The position numbers were made by a program, and so were the translations under genes. A stretch of DNA of 64,000 bases from Rhynchobatus australiae (Eukaryota), in the NCBI GenBank assembly GCA_034780895.1, contig JAUZTB010000033.1, positions 31,337,894 to 31,401,893 of the forward strand, written 5' to 3'. Positions within the stretch are counted from its first letter, which is position 1; every line of letters begins with the position of its first letter. Under the pieces are notes generated by a model. That model was not told where the DNA came from, searched no databases, and saw nothing but the letters and a program-made list of their open reading frames with translations. Shown piece after piece: positions 12,490 through 22,865 of this stretch.

Positions 12490-13410
12490 CATCCAGAAAG
12501 TAGGTCAAGAATAAATAGGCCATTTTCAGCTTGGATGCTGCACAGACTGATGCCGTGGCCCAGCTGTTCACAATCTATAGCAACGATCTGGATGGAGTAT
12601 TGCGAGTAATATCTCTAAATTTGCTGATGACAGTAAGCTGAATGGGCTACAAGGAGCATGCAGAAAGGCCGCAGAAGGAAATAGATTAGATAGGTTAAGT
12701 GAATTGGCAAGGACATGGTAAATGGAATATAATGTGGAAAAATGTGAGGTTGGTAGAAATGGTGATCGATTGAAAGGTGTTTATTTGGGGATCCTCATAC
12801 ATGAGCAACTGGAAATTAGGAAGGATGAAAGCTCCCAAAAACTCCCTTCCACAGCCGCATCTCTTCATTGAGAGAATGTCTCTGGCTCCAATATGTCCCA
12901 TGTAGATTCCCATCTAAAAATCCCTTCTCATTGGAACTTAACAGGTGGGTACAGCAAGAATTAGGAAGGCAAATGATATGCTGACTTGGATTGCAAGAGA
13001 CTCATAAGAGACATCTTGCTCCAATTCTATAGGGCTCTGGTGGAGAGTGCACTGCAATTGCATCTACTGGTCCATTCTCCCTACCCATGGAACAAAGGAT
13101 AGCAGCATGGATGATTCCTCTGCTGAGCTGTCCAAAATTGTGGGTCATCAAGATAAATTATTGGCCATTCAGGACAGAAGCGAGATGAAATTTCTTGAAC
13201 TGAATGGTGGTGAATCTTTGGAATTCTCTTCCCAAGAGAGCTGTGGAGATTCAGTTGCAGAGTATATTCAAGGCAGGGACGGATGGATTTTTAGATTCTA
13301 AGAAAATCAAAGGATTTGGGGATTATTGCAGGAAAGTGGTGCTGAGGAGAATGATCAGCCATGACCTTATTGAATGGTGGAGCAGGCATGAGAGGTCAAA
13401 TTGCTATTCC
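12490..13410 (+). mobile_element. Older CR1 LINE fragments
   Basis: aaatttgctgatgacagtaag (KFADDSK), VVNLWNSLPKRAVE, 3' UTR gatcagccatgaccttattgaatggtggagcagg. Confidence 0.8.
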
Positions 13411-13655
13411 CAATATTATTTTCAGCTTGGTATAATTGACAGACATCTTTTACAATCCCATATTCGGCAATCCAAGTTCAACTTCCACTGGAGCTTGGAA
13501 CATGTGGAATTAACTGGAAATACTAATGACCTATTGACAGATCTGGACAGCACTAAAATGGTTCATGTGTCTCACTTCTGAACACACACTCATGCAGATG
13601 TGAAGTGACCACATCTATTAAATAAGTAGCAAATAAAGTGTTTGGTTAATCTTAC

Positions 13656-13756
13656 TTAATAACCTCTTGCCAAAAAGCTGCCACTTCCCAATTTTGTGAA
13701 CTGATTTGTTCAAGATATTTTTCTCCTGAAAGATCATTACTGGTCCCATTTTCATC
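13656..13756 (-). CDS. PIK3C2A: PIK3C2A coding exon (2nd), DENGTSNDLSGEKYLEQISSQNWEVAAFWQEVI(K)
   Basis: Acceptor ttttattacag, donor GTAAGA; 101 nt, phase 0 to 2. Aligns with human DPNGTSS...QNEEMAAFCRSITK. Confidence 0.9.
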
Positions 13757-14459
13757 CTGTAATAAAAGCAGAGTTTAACACTGAAATCAAGTTTGCATTA
13801 GCATATTTAGCATGGTGGATAGCAGGATCTAACTGACTCAGACAAAATGCATGGATGGGGCCATTAGGTACACATTAAACAATGAATAATATTTTGTACA
13901 TCAAAATTGGACAAAAACAGCAANNNNNNNNNNNNNNNNNNNNNNNNNNNNNNNNNNNNNNNNNNNNNNNNNNNNNNNNNNNNNNNNNNNNNNNNNNNNN
14001 NNNNNNNNNNNNNNNNNNNNNNNAGCAAAACAATTTGCCGTTCTTAATATCAACCCTTCAGTTTTTAAAATCATAAAATTATACAGCAGGATCTTCTACA
14101 CTCAAATATTGACATACTTACACTATAACCTTCTCAGGTACAATGGTTTTATACATTTCTTAGGAGTAAAAATATTTAAAAATAAATATTTCTTAAAATT
14201 GTCATCACTGCACCATGGACAAAAATGCAAGCACTGTAAATATAATTCTGACAGTAACACAGGTATATTGAGACTCTGCAACTTTAGGTGATGAAGACAG
14301 GCCAATATACTGAATTTGCTTTAGTCAACATTTGCAAGATATTCTCCAGAGCATGCATGGTAATTTACAAGCATAAAATGGCAAGATCAAGAACTTCCCT
14401 CTCCCAGCCTCCAACCCTGCTCCTGCCACCACTTAAAATCACTTCAAAATCTTAAACAA

Positions 14460-14552
14460 CATACACAAAATGCTGGAAGAACTCAGCAGGTCAGGCAGCA
14501 TCTATGGGGGGAAATAAACCGTCAATGTTTCAGGTCGAGACTGTTTATGAAG
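14460..14552 (-). mobile_element. Penelope-like terminal repeat remnant
   Basis: cacaaaatgctggaagaactcagcaggtcaggcagcatctatg...gtttcaggtcgagac is homologous to 9040-9130. Confidence 0.7.
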
Positions 14553-15169
14553 GTTTTGCAAAAGAGTTTCAAAGTGTAACCTTAACCTTACTTGCAAGAC
14601 AGACAAAAGTGAAGTAGAAATCCAATCAAAATTATTTAAATGTAGAACATGAATTGTTATCCATGCACCCAATGGTGTTTACTATACTGCAGTGATATTT
14701 TATAAATCTTTTTTAAATTCTATTCACTATGGCTATTATACTAAATCCTTCAAGCACCCTCATGATTAAAATTCCCAAAATACCTTTCAACCACCCAATA
14801 AACCAAGCTTTTCACTTCTCTGCTACAAAAGACACAACCAGCACCACATCTGTGATATCAATGTTCAGGATGTGGAAGTTTGGATTAGTGGTAAAATCAT
14901 CATGAAAAGAAAGCATGGAAAAATTACTGTTGGAAAAATCAAATCAATAACTGGTTTTAAAGTAGGAAGATCTGCCTCCACAATGCTAAACAATGATTAC
15001 AGGGAGTGGCAAAAAAATAGGTAGGATAACTTTAATTTTCTGGGCATGCGGAAATGGCTGCTCTTATTGTCCCTACTTTGTAGGCCGAGTCTACAAAGCT
15101 CATGTCCCTTGAATGAATGTGGGGGAAAAAAATGGCTTGGCACCACTTTTTAAAAGAGTAATAGGGACA

Positions 15170-16325
15170 ATAAAAGCAGCCATTTCCCTAGCTGACCTGA
15201 CGTGGTGGTGGTGAGCTGTGTTCTTGAACCTCTGCAGTCCTCAAGCTGTGAATATGCCCACAATGCTCTTAGGGAGAGAGCTACAGGATTTTGACCCAAA
15301 ATGATGGTCAAGGAATGAAGATACAGTTCCAAGTCAGGGTGGATGTGGCTTGGAGGGCAACTCCAGGTGGTGGCGTTCCCATGCTTTTGTTGCCCTTGTC
15401 CTGTTAGCTGGTAGTGGTCACGGGTTTGTAAGGTGCTATCCAAGGAGCCTTGCAGTGCATTCCTGTAGATGGTACAAACTACCACTACTGTGCGTCAGTG
15501 GAGTGAGTAAATGGCTTTGGCAGGGTGCCTATCAAGCGAGCTACGATGTTCTGTATGGTGTTGAGTTTCTTGAGTATTGAAGCTGCACCCATTTAGGCAA
15601 GCAGACAGTATTCCGTCACACTCCCAATTTAAACCTTGTAGATGGTGGACAGGCTTTGGTAAGTTAGGAGGTAAATTATTCGCCATAGGATTCCTAGCCT
15701 CTGACTTGTTCTTGTAACCACATTATGTGCATGGCTACTCCAGTTCAGTTTCTAGTCAAAGGTAACCCCCAGAATATTGATAATGGAGATTAAGTTGTGG
15801 TANNNNNNNNNNNNNNNNNNNNNNNNNNNNNNNNNNNNNNNNNNNNNNNNNNNNNNNNNNNNNNNNNNNNNNNNNNNNNNNNNNNNNNNNNNNNNNNNNN
15901 NNGGGGGTGGTGAGGGGCGACAGCTGGATTTTCCCTTGTTCGATTATAGTCTTTGCCTGGCATGTGTGGGGCACAAAAGTTACTTGCCACCCATCAGCCC
16001 AAGCTGGATATGATCCTGGCCTGGCTGCATTTGGTTACGGACTGTTTCATCTGTTTCATTATCAGAGTTGTTGTGAATGGTACTGAACATTGCACAATCA
16101 ATCAGTGAACATCCCTACTTCTGACCTTACAGAGGAAGCAGCTGAAGATGGTTGGGCCTAGGATGTTATCATGAATAAATCTTGCAGAGATGTCCTGTGG
16201 CTGAGATCATTGACCCGCAACCACCACAATCATCATCCTTCGTGCTGTCCTACGAGTCTTGCAGTGCATTCCTGTAGATGGTACAAACTCTGCTACTGTA
16301 CGTTGGTGGAGTGACTCCAACTTAC
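15170..16325 (-). mobile_element. Old CR1/L2-group LINE 3' portion (contains an assembly gap)
   Basis: gtggtggtgagctgtgttcttgaacc...gcagtcc tail also occurs at 32700-32900; internal sequence is homologous to 59760-60080. Confidence 0.65.
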
Positions 16326-16899
16326 CCCCCCCCCCAACTATACCAAACCCACCCCCCTGCGCCAGTGGGACAGGACAGGACATACCCAGGAATGGTGGTG
16401 TCTGGGGCATTGACTGTAAGGTACGATTCCATAAGTATGGAGATACAAGAGCCTGAAGATGGAATCTGGAGCAAAAAACAAACTGCTGGAGGAACTCAGC
16501 AAGTCAGGCAGCATCTGTGGAGGAATTTTGTACAAGCCTCCAGATGTTGGCATGGAGGACAGGGCATGACTTTGAGGAATGTTATACTGATTTTCAGCCC
16601 AATTCTAGGGGGACAGTGGAGGTTGTGGAAGGAAATGCAAGACAACAGTCAAACTACAAAGATTCAGCGGGAATGTTTTATATCCAATGTCAAACCAAAT
16701 TATTTTGAAAGCAAGTTTTCATTTTCTTGACTGAAAACAAGGAATTGAAAATGTGCAAATATTAACAACAAAAAAACCCAATTATGTCAACTTACTCAAG
16801 TTAGAGGCTATATGTCCCTGAATAGGAAGTTTAAGTAAAACAGAAGGGAGCCAAAATTATCTGTAATTCTGCAGGAGAATACTCCAGTCTTCAACATGC

Positions 16900-17510
16900 A
16901 CTTGGCTTAGTATCCTAGAGGTCTGGAATAGGGCTGGAGATCAAATCCCACCCCTCCAGATGGGGAACTTCAACTAGAAGTCGGTAAATCTGGAGTAAAA
17001 AGTTGGTATCAGTAATGGTGAATACAAAACTAACAGTAACAAAAACCTATATGGTTCACTGATAACCTTGATGGAAAATCTGCCATTATATCTCAAGGAC
17101 AGCTTCTATCCTGCTGTTGTAAGACTACTGAATAGTCCCCTAAGTACGATAAGATGGGCTCAACCTCACAATCTACATAGTTATAGCCTTGCACCCTATT
17201 GTCTGCCTGCACTGCAATTCCTCTAACTGAAGCACTATTCTGCATTGTTATTGTTTTCCCTTTTACTACTCGATGCATTGATATGATGAAATGATCTGTA
17301 TGGATGGCATGCAAAAAAGTTTTCACTGTATCTCAGTATGTGACAATAACAAACCAATTTAATATTTGGTCTGACCCATAAGTGTCGTGTTGGATTCCTA
17401 AATGACCTCTAAAATGGTCTAGGAAGCCACTCATTCAGGGGATAATTAAGATCAGGCAATGAATACCACTTTCATCAGATACATCCATATTGCAAGAAAT
17501 ACAAAAAAAA
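16900..17510 (+). mobile_element. Shark-type SINE interrupted by a Rex1 3' end (~17092-17360)
   Basis: aaatctggagtaaaagttggtatcagtaatggtga...ggttcactga...aaatctgcc resumes after the insert as aaatggtctaggaagccactca...A-rich tail. The insert matches 53247-53500. Confidence 0.65.
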
Positions 17511-20379
17511 AGATTAAATACACATTTACTTATTGCTTTTCAAGTACAACAATGATCATGTAAAATGTTTTTTTAAGATCATTGCCAGATGCTGACTTTT
17601 CCCCTCTGCTGCTCATTTCAAGCAAAGTTTCCTTTCATCCCCTCAGTTACGAAATATGTTTGAGACCTATCTGGAAATAATTTTTAAGATAATAATTGCA
17701 GGGATGTTTTACTTGATAAAGGTCCTGGCTGTCAAACAATTCCATCTTCATATAACAAAAATCTGAACTTTAGGTACACTAATTGAAAAGTTTAACCATG
17801 TTAACCATTACTCAACAGAACGCAAAAGGTAACAAACTGGGACTTTGTAAAATATTGCACTAATTGATTAGAATTTTATTTTCCCAAGTTAAAGTCATTT
17901 GAACCAGCCAGAATATGCAAAGCCACAGTTATGAGAGATGTGAAATGGAGATTTTGCCTACACAATCTCCAAATCATGTCCATAATTACCAATTTTGTAC
18001 TCTCCCTCGCATGAAAATGGTGTGACATTCCAATGCATCCCCTTTAGGCTCCCAAATTGAAGATTGTTTGAAGAGATGTTGTTAGGTGGTAATGTGAAGG
18101 AAAGGGCTTTGAATCTAACCTCACAGACAAAATGCATTCAGAAGTAAAACAGAAGGAAATAGAGATGCTAATTTTTAAGAGCTGGAAGTACAACAGGGTA
18201 AATCTCAAAACTGCAGTTATCTTTGCAATGTCTACTAAACTGAATAGTAGATAAAGTTCCTTTTCTGACATGAACAGTTAACCAAAACAAAAAAAAACAA
18301 TCATTTGCAAAATACATGGAAGAAAGCAATTCAAAACTGGCACCTCATGGTGTTAAAATCATTATGGGAAATTCACAATATACCTCACATTCCAAACCAC
18401 AAAGAAATAACGTCTTCATTGAACTGTTTTCTTAATATTCACTCAAGTATTACCCAAGGGAGGGAATAATAAAACATCTTCCTGCTGTTCTAAAATGCTA
18501 AAAATGCTAATGAGGACAAATTAGACATGTTAAATCAACTGTGGAAAAGACAAATGCAAAGACAATTCAGATGTTTGTAACTATAACATTTTTCCTCATG
18601 TTTTCCTGAACAATGTGAAGTTCAATCCAAGCTATTTTACAAAAACAGGAAATGTGCTGCTGAATAAGACCTCCCATTTGTTGAAAGGAATGTTTCCCGT
18701 CTGCAATGTTTGCATTATTAGTCAGGGAATGCTGGAAATGTTTCTCAATTCTCACTCTGTTTGGGTCACATCAGAAAAAGCAAGAGGTCCCACTTGAGTA
18801 TATAATATAACCTTTCATCCCACGCAAACCATAGTTCTATCATGCAATGCAAATCTCATCCATAGTGTAAAATAGTTTCATGGTCAAACTTTTCCCTTGT
18901 ATACACAGTACAAGAAAGTCAGAAATAGCTTTACAGTAAGTCCCCAATGGACCTCCTCAAGTCAAGGTAAGCCCTTCCAGGCTAGTGACCTGTTGTTTAA
19001 TGCATGCCTGATTGTAAAGACTAGGCCAAATCACCTAACAAGCTGGCATGGCCTACTCTGAAAACACACATGGCCTCTCAGTTATACCAGAGAATGGAGA
19101 ACAGGCTTGCACAAGTTGTAGCACAAACAGGAATAATAGAATAGAAATGCAGGAAAGCTAGTTGCCAAACGCTACCAAGTTGACAAGTTTGGTGTTCGTA
19201 GCTAAAAAGGTAGGACAGGTGGTTATAGAAAGTCTGCTCTTTCCAAGGGCAGGAGACAGCAGCCCCCCACCCACCTCCACCCCCAACCCCCTCTACCCCC
19301 CCACCCACCTCCCGATACAGTAGTTCGGATAATAGAAATTTGCCCTANNNNNNNNNNNNNNNNNNNNNNNNNNNNNNNNNNNNNNNNNNNNNNNNNNNNN
19401 NNNNNNNNNNNNNNNNNNNNNNNNNNNNNNNNNNNNNNNNNNNNNNNNNNNNNNNNNNNNNNNNNNNNNTGGTAAAAAAGTTAATAAGCAAAATTTCTTT
19501 GTTTTCATCTCACGTTTCTTGACACATACACAGATGCTGCTGCTTTGTGTTACTGAATAATTATGATCCGGACTGTTTTCCAGAAGCAATATGGATCATT
19601 TTCTCGGAATGCAACTCCCCGTAACACAGGGCTTGCCTATACATATTCTTGCCCATGCTATCTCAGAGTAAGTGACTGAGAGCCAAACATCTTGTACACA
19701 ATGTAAAATGATCCCAAGTCACTTCGGTAGTGTTTTTGGAGCCCATTCAAATGCTTTATTTAGAAATGACTGTAAATAAGTGGCTGTTCCTGGGCACGGA
19801 TTACTTGCACGCAGGGTAAAAGATAGCTTTGAAATAAACTAAAATAAAATTTGAAAATGGAAACAAAACAGGTTTCCTCTAATTTCATGCCAACATTCTA
19901 AACCTCTTTGGGGTTCATTAAATATTTCAGCTATGAAAAACAAAGCATTGGTACAAAACAGTCACAAAACACTAAAAGACAAGAGCACGTAAAATGCTGC
20001 AACCATAGCAGATTTAAAATAACCACTCCCCGCTAGGTTTAGGAAGACTAGATGCAAATAATTCAGGTCTCCAATTAGAAGTAATACAGTTTCAACTGGA
20101 TGCTGAATTAATATAATATAGAACCATTTCCTACTTTACAACAATGGTTGTACTTCATTACTTATAAATACTTTCCAGACATTCTGTACTCATGAGGGTT
20201 GCATTATAAATGAAAGTATCTTCTCTCATTGGCAGGATATAATCCCTCTGATTAAAATGGGGAGGGGATCGCAGTATACACAGAGTAAGATTACAGGGAA
20301 TGCAGTCTGCATAGCTTAAAATGAGAGGAGATGCAGTCTGAGCCGAGTAAAAGCACAAGATTGCAGTACACAAGAATGG

Positions 20380-20700
20380 ACAGCACAGCGGCACAGCAGT
20401 TAGTGCTGGTGCCACAGAACAACCAAGGTTCGATCCTGACTTCAGGTGCTTCCTTTGGGAAGTCTGCACATTCTCCCTGTGACTTCTTGGGTTACTTCCC
20501 TGAGCGTTCAGTTTTCCTTCCACATCCCAAAGATGTGCTGGCTGACAGGATGATTGGCCACAGTAAGTTATTCTGAGTGTAGGTGGGTGGCAATGAGCAG
20601 GAGAGAAAATAGGTTACATGGAAATTAGTGGGAAAATGGGATTGATGGATTGCACTGAAAGCTGACATAGATTTGATGGGCTGAATAGCCTCTTATGTTG
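20380..20700 (+). mobile_element. V-SINE (HE1-like) with CR1-type tail
   Basis: B-box ggttcgatcc, V-domain ttctccctgtgac...ttttccttccacatcccaaaga, tail gatgggctgaatagcct. Confidence 0.75.
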
Positions 20701-20970
20701 CAAGGAAAGTGGGAAATAAATATGAGAAAGCTTTTAAAAAAAATCTTTCTTAAATCTGCCAGCTTATGTTGAATGTGTTATCTTGTAGCATTCACAAATA
20801 TTTCCAAACATGGGAGGAGGGATGTGGCGGGGGAGGGATGTGGCGGGGGAGGAGGTTGCTGGAGGCGGGAGTATGCAAGTCTGACTGTTCTCTGGATTAT
20901 CTGTTAACAGACAAATAGGAAGTAAAAGAATAGGGTAATTATTAGAAATGTCATAGAAAAAAAATTATAC

Positions 20971-22107
20971 CTGTAATGTTTTGGTGTTTGGCTCTTGCAC
21001 TCTGTGGGAAAACTGCGAACTTGTGGACCGCAAATTAAGGGACAAACTACGTGTAACTGAAGGTCCAGATGTGGGTTTTCCAGTTGGCTGCTTAAATAAC
21101 GCCTCTTCAATCTTGACACTGGGCTGCAAGCTTTCTGATGGAGTCTGCTTTTGCAACACTTGCTCCCAAGGATCCCCAGCTGCAGCACCGGTGTCTACCT
21201 TTTGCTCAGCCTCTGCTTCATTTTGTAAGGGCTCTACGTTTTCAATCTTTGCTTTGCTGAGTGGGTCAAGATCCAGCCAATCAAATTTGCTAACATCGTT
21301 CAAGTTTTCACAATCTGGCAGCTTAGGAATCATCGTGCTGGCAGATTCCAAATCATTGTTTGATTTGCTGTTTTTCAGGTATTCTGATGTGCTGGCTATT
21401 TTATCATATAATTTTGCAAGCTCAGGTGTGACTGGTGAATAAACAGGGAGAGCGCCTGCAGGGTGTACAGGTGTAGCAGGCTGGAGTGGGAAGGACATGT
21501 ACGGCTTCGCATGAAGACCAACGTACATAGATTCTGAAGGACGGTATGAGGACTGTCCAGGACAAAAGCCATTCTGAAATAGATCAGGTGGTTTAGGGAA
21601 TGTCACAGATGTTGCACGGTAACCAGTTGTTTGGACTACAGGCCTCTGTAACCCACCTGTCCACTGACTCCCAGAGAAAGGTGCCCGGTTGTAAAATTGA
21701 TTAGAGAACGACGGGCTCACAAGAGGAGTATTTGGTAACGTGTGTGGTCGGCTTATATTTTTAGGGCCAAAGCTTTTGTCCAACAGCAATTTTTCTAGTT
21801 CAGCTGAAGTTAGTTTCATGATATCCTGATCAGACAGTGTGGCAGCTTGTTTTTTTGAGTTTTCTGCCTCTGGAAAGTGAATGAGATCATACTCCTGCTT
21901 GGTGTTTGGTGACTTTGTGCAAGCACTGCTGGCAGACTTCACTGGATGTTCTTCCTTTAGGGTCTGAAGTCTATCCTTCTGCAACTTTGCCAAGGCCTCC
22001 GCCTCCATTTGCAGGGCTTCTTCTTTGCCAACAGCTCGCTTCCCAGAGTGGCCCACTGTTGAAGAGGTAGACTGCTTGAACCCATTTCTGCTGGATATCT
22101 GGGCCAT
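20971..22107 (-). CDS. PIK3C2A: PIK3C2A first coding exon (379 codons; N-terminal clathrin/adaptor-binding region). The exon extends 5' to an acceptor at 22184.
   Basis: MAQISS start with KEEALQMEAEALAKLQK, ELEKLLLD, PELAKLYDKIASTSEYLKN, SKFDWLDLDPLSK and DPW motifs of PI3K-C2alpha. Donor CAG|GTATAA at 20970; acceptor ttctctttcag at 22185; in-frame upstream stop in the 77-nt UTR part. Confidence 0.97.
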
Positions 22108-22315
22108 AGTGTCAACTACTATAGATTTCCATTCAAAGATCCAAAAGCTCAGATAGGAAATCCTCGGAGTCAGAGGTCAAAGTCCTGAAAGAGAATTACA
22201 AGGCAAATAATTAGGAATGTGATCCACCCATGCAGTTCTTTATCGTACAGTAAGGGTTATCATTTTAAGAATAGCTTGCATGCAAATTGATTAGACTTCA
22301 TCCAGAGAAATCTTG

Positions 22316-22545
22316 CGTCATGAGACAGGTTTGTTTTACCCTACTGATGTGTTGTTGCAATAGTAATCCTGCTCAGTACAAGAAGAACTGCAGGTTTGGA
22401 CATTTGGTGTATGTGCTTGGCTGAGGAGCCAGTGGTGTGAAGCTACCATCTGCAAGATTATGACTGAACACCTCTAAGTCAGAATCCCACCTAAACAGAA
22501 TGGTACCCTAGCACCATGGCTCGCTGGTTGGCCTGGGATAACCGT
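22316..22545 (+). pseudogene. Decayed 28S rRNA 3'-region fragment including the sarcin-ricin loop
   Basis: gagacaggtttgttttaccctactgatgtgttgttgcaatagtaatcctgctcagtacaagaagaactgcagg...gacatttggtgtatgtgcttggctgaggagcca...gaagctaccatctg...attatgactgaacacctctaagtcagaatccc is colinear with the 3' end of vertebrate LSU rRNA; many differences are CpG-type transitions. Confidence 0.92.
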
Positions 22546-22593
22546 TTGTCACCCTGGCGGTGGCCAGCCTGAAGTACTGTTGCTACTGCCTTA

Positions 22594-22865
22594 GGCAGTA
22601 GTGTAGTGGTTTGTGTAACGCTATTACAGCGCCAGCAACCCAGGTTCAATTCTGGCCACTGTCTGTAAGGAGTTTGTAAGTTCTCCCTGCATCTGCGTGG
22701 GTTTCCTCCGGGTGCTCCGGTTTCCTCTCACATTCCAAAGATGTACAGGTTAAAGTTGTGGGCATGCTATGTTGGCGCTGGAAGCATGGCAACACTTGCC
22801 AGCTGCCCCCAGAACACACTACGCAAAAGATGTTTTTCACTGTGTTTCAATGTACATGTGACTAA
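22594..22865 (+). mobile_element. tRNA-derived V-SINE with Rex1-like 3' tail
   Basis: A-box-like tagtgtagtgg, B-box ggttcaattc, V-domain gggtttcctccgggtgctccggtttcctctcacattccaaaga, tail tttttcactgtg...tacatgtgac. The same head occurs at 35816-35877. Confidence 0.85.

Noticed and set aside
20981-21442. 153-aa + strand ORF overlapping the PIK3C2A exon
   Set aside because: Antisense shadow of a real coding exon, with no recognisable motif.
22316-22545. Functional rRNA gene
   Set aside because: Only ~230 nt, with a mutated sarcin-ricin loop and no flanking rDNA; treated as a pseudogene fragment.
22594-22665. tRNA gene
   Set aside because: The A/B boxes belong to a SINE head that continues into a V-domain; no complete cloverleaf is evident.
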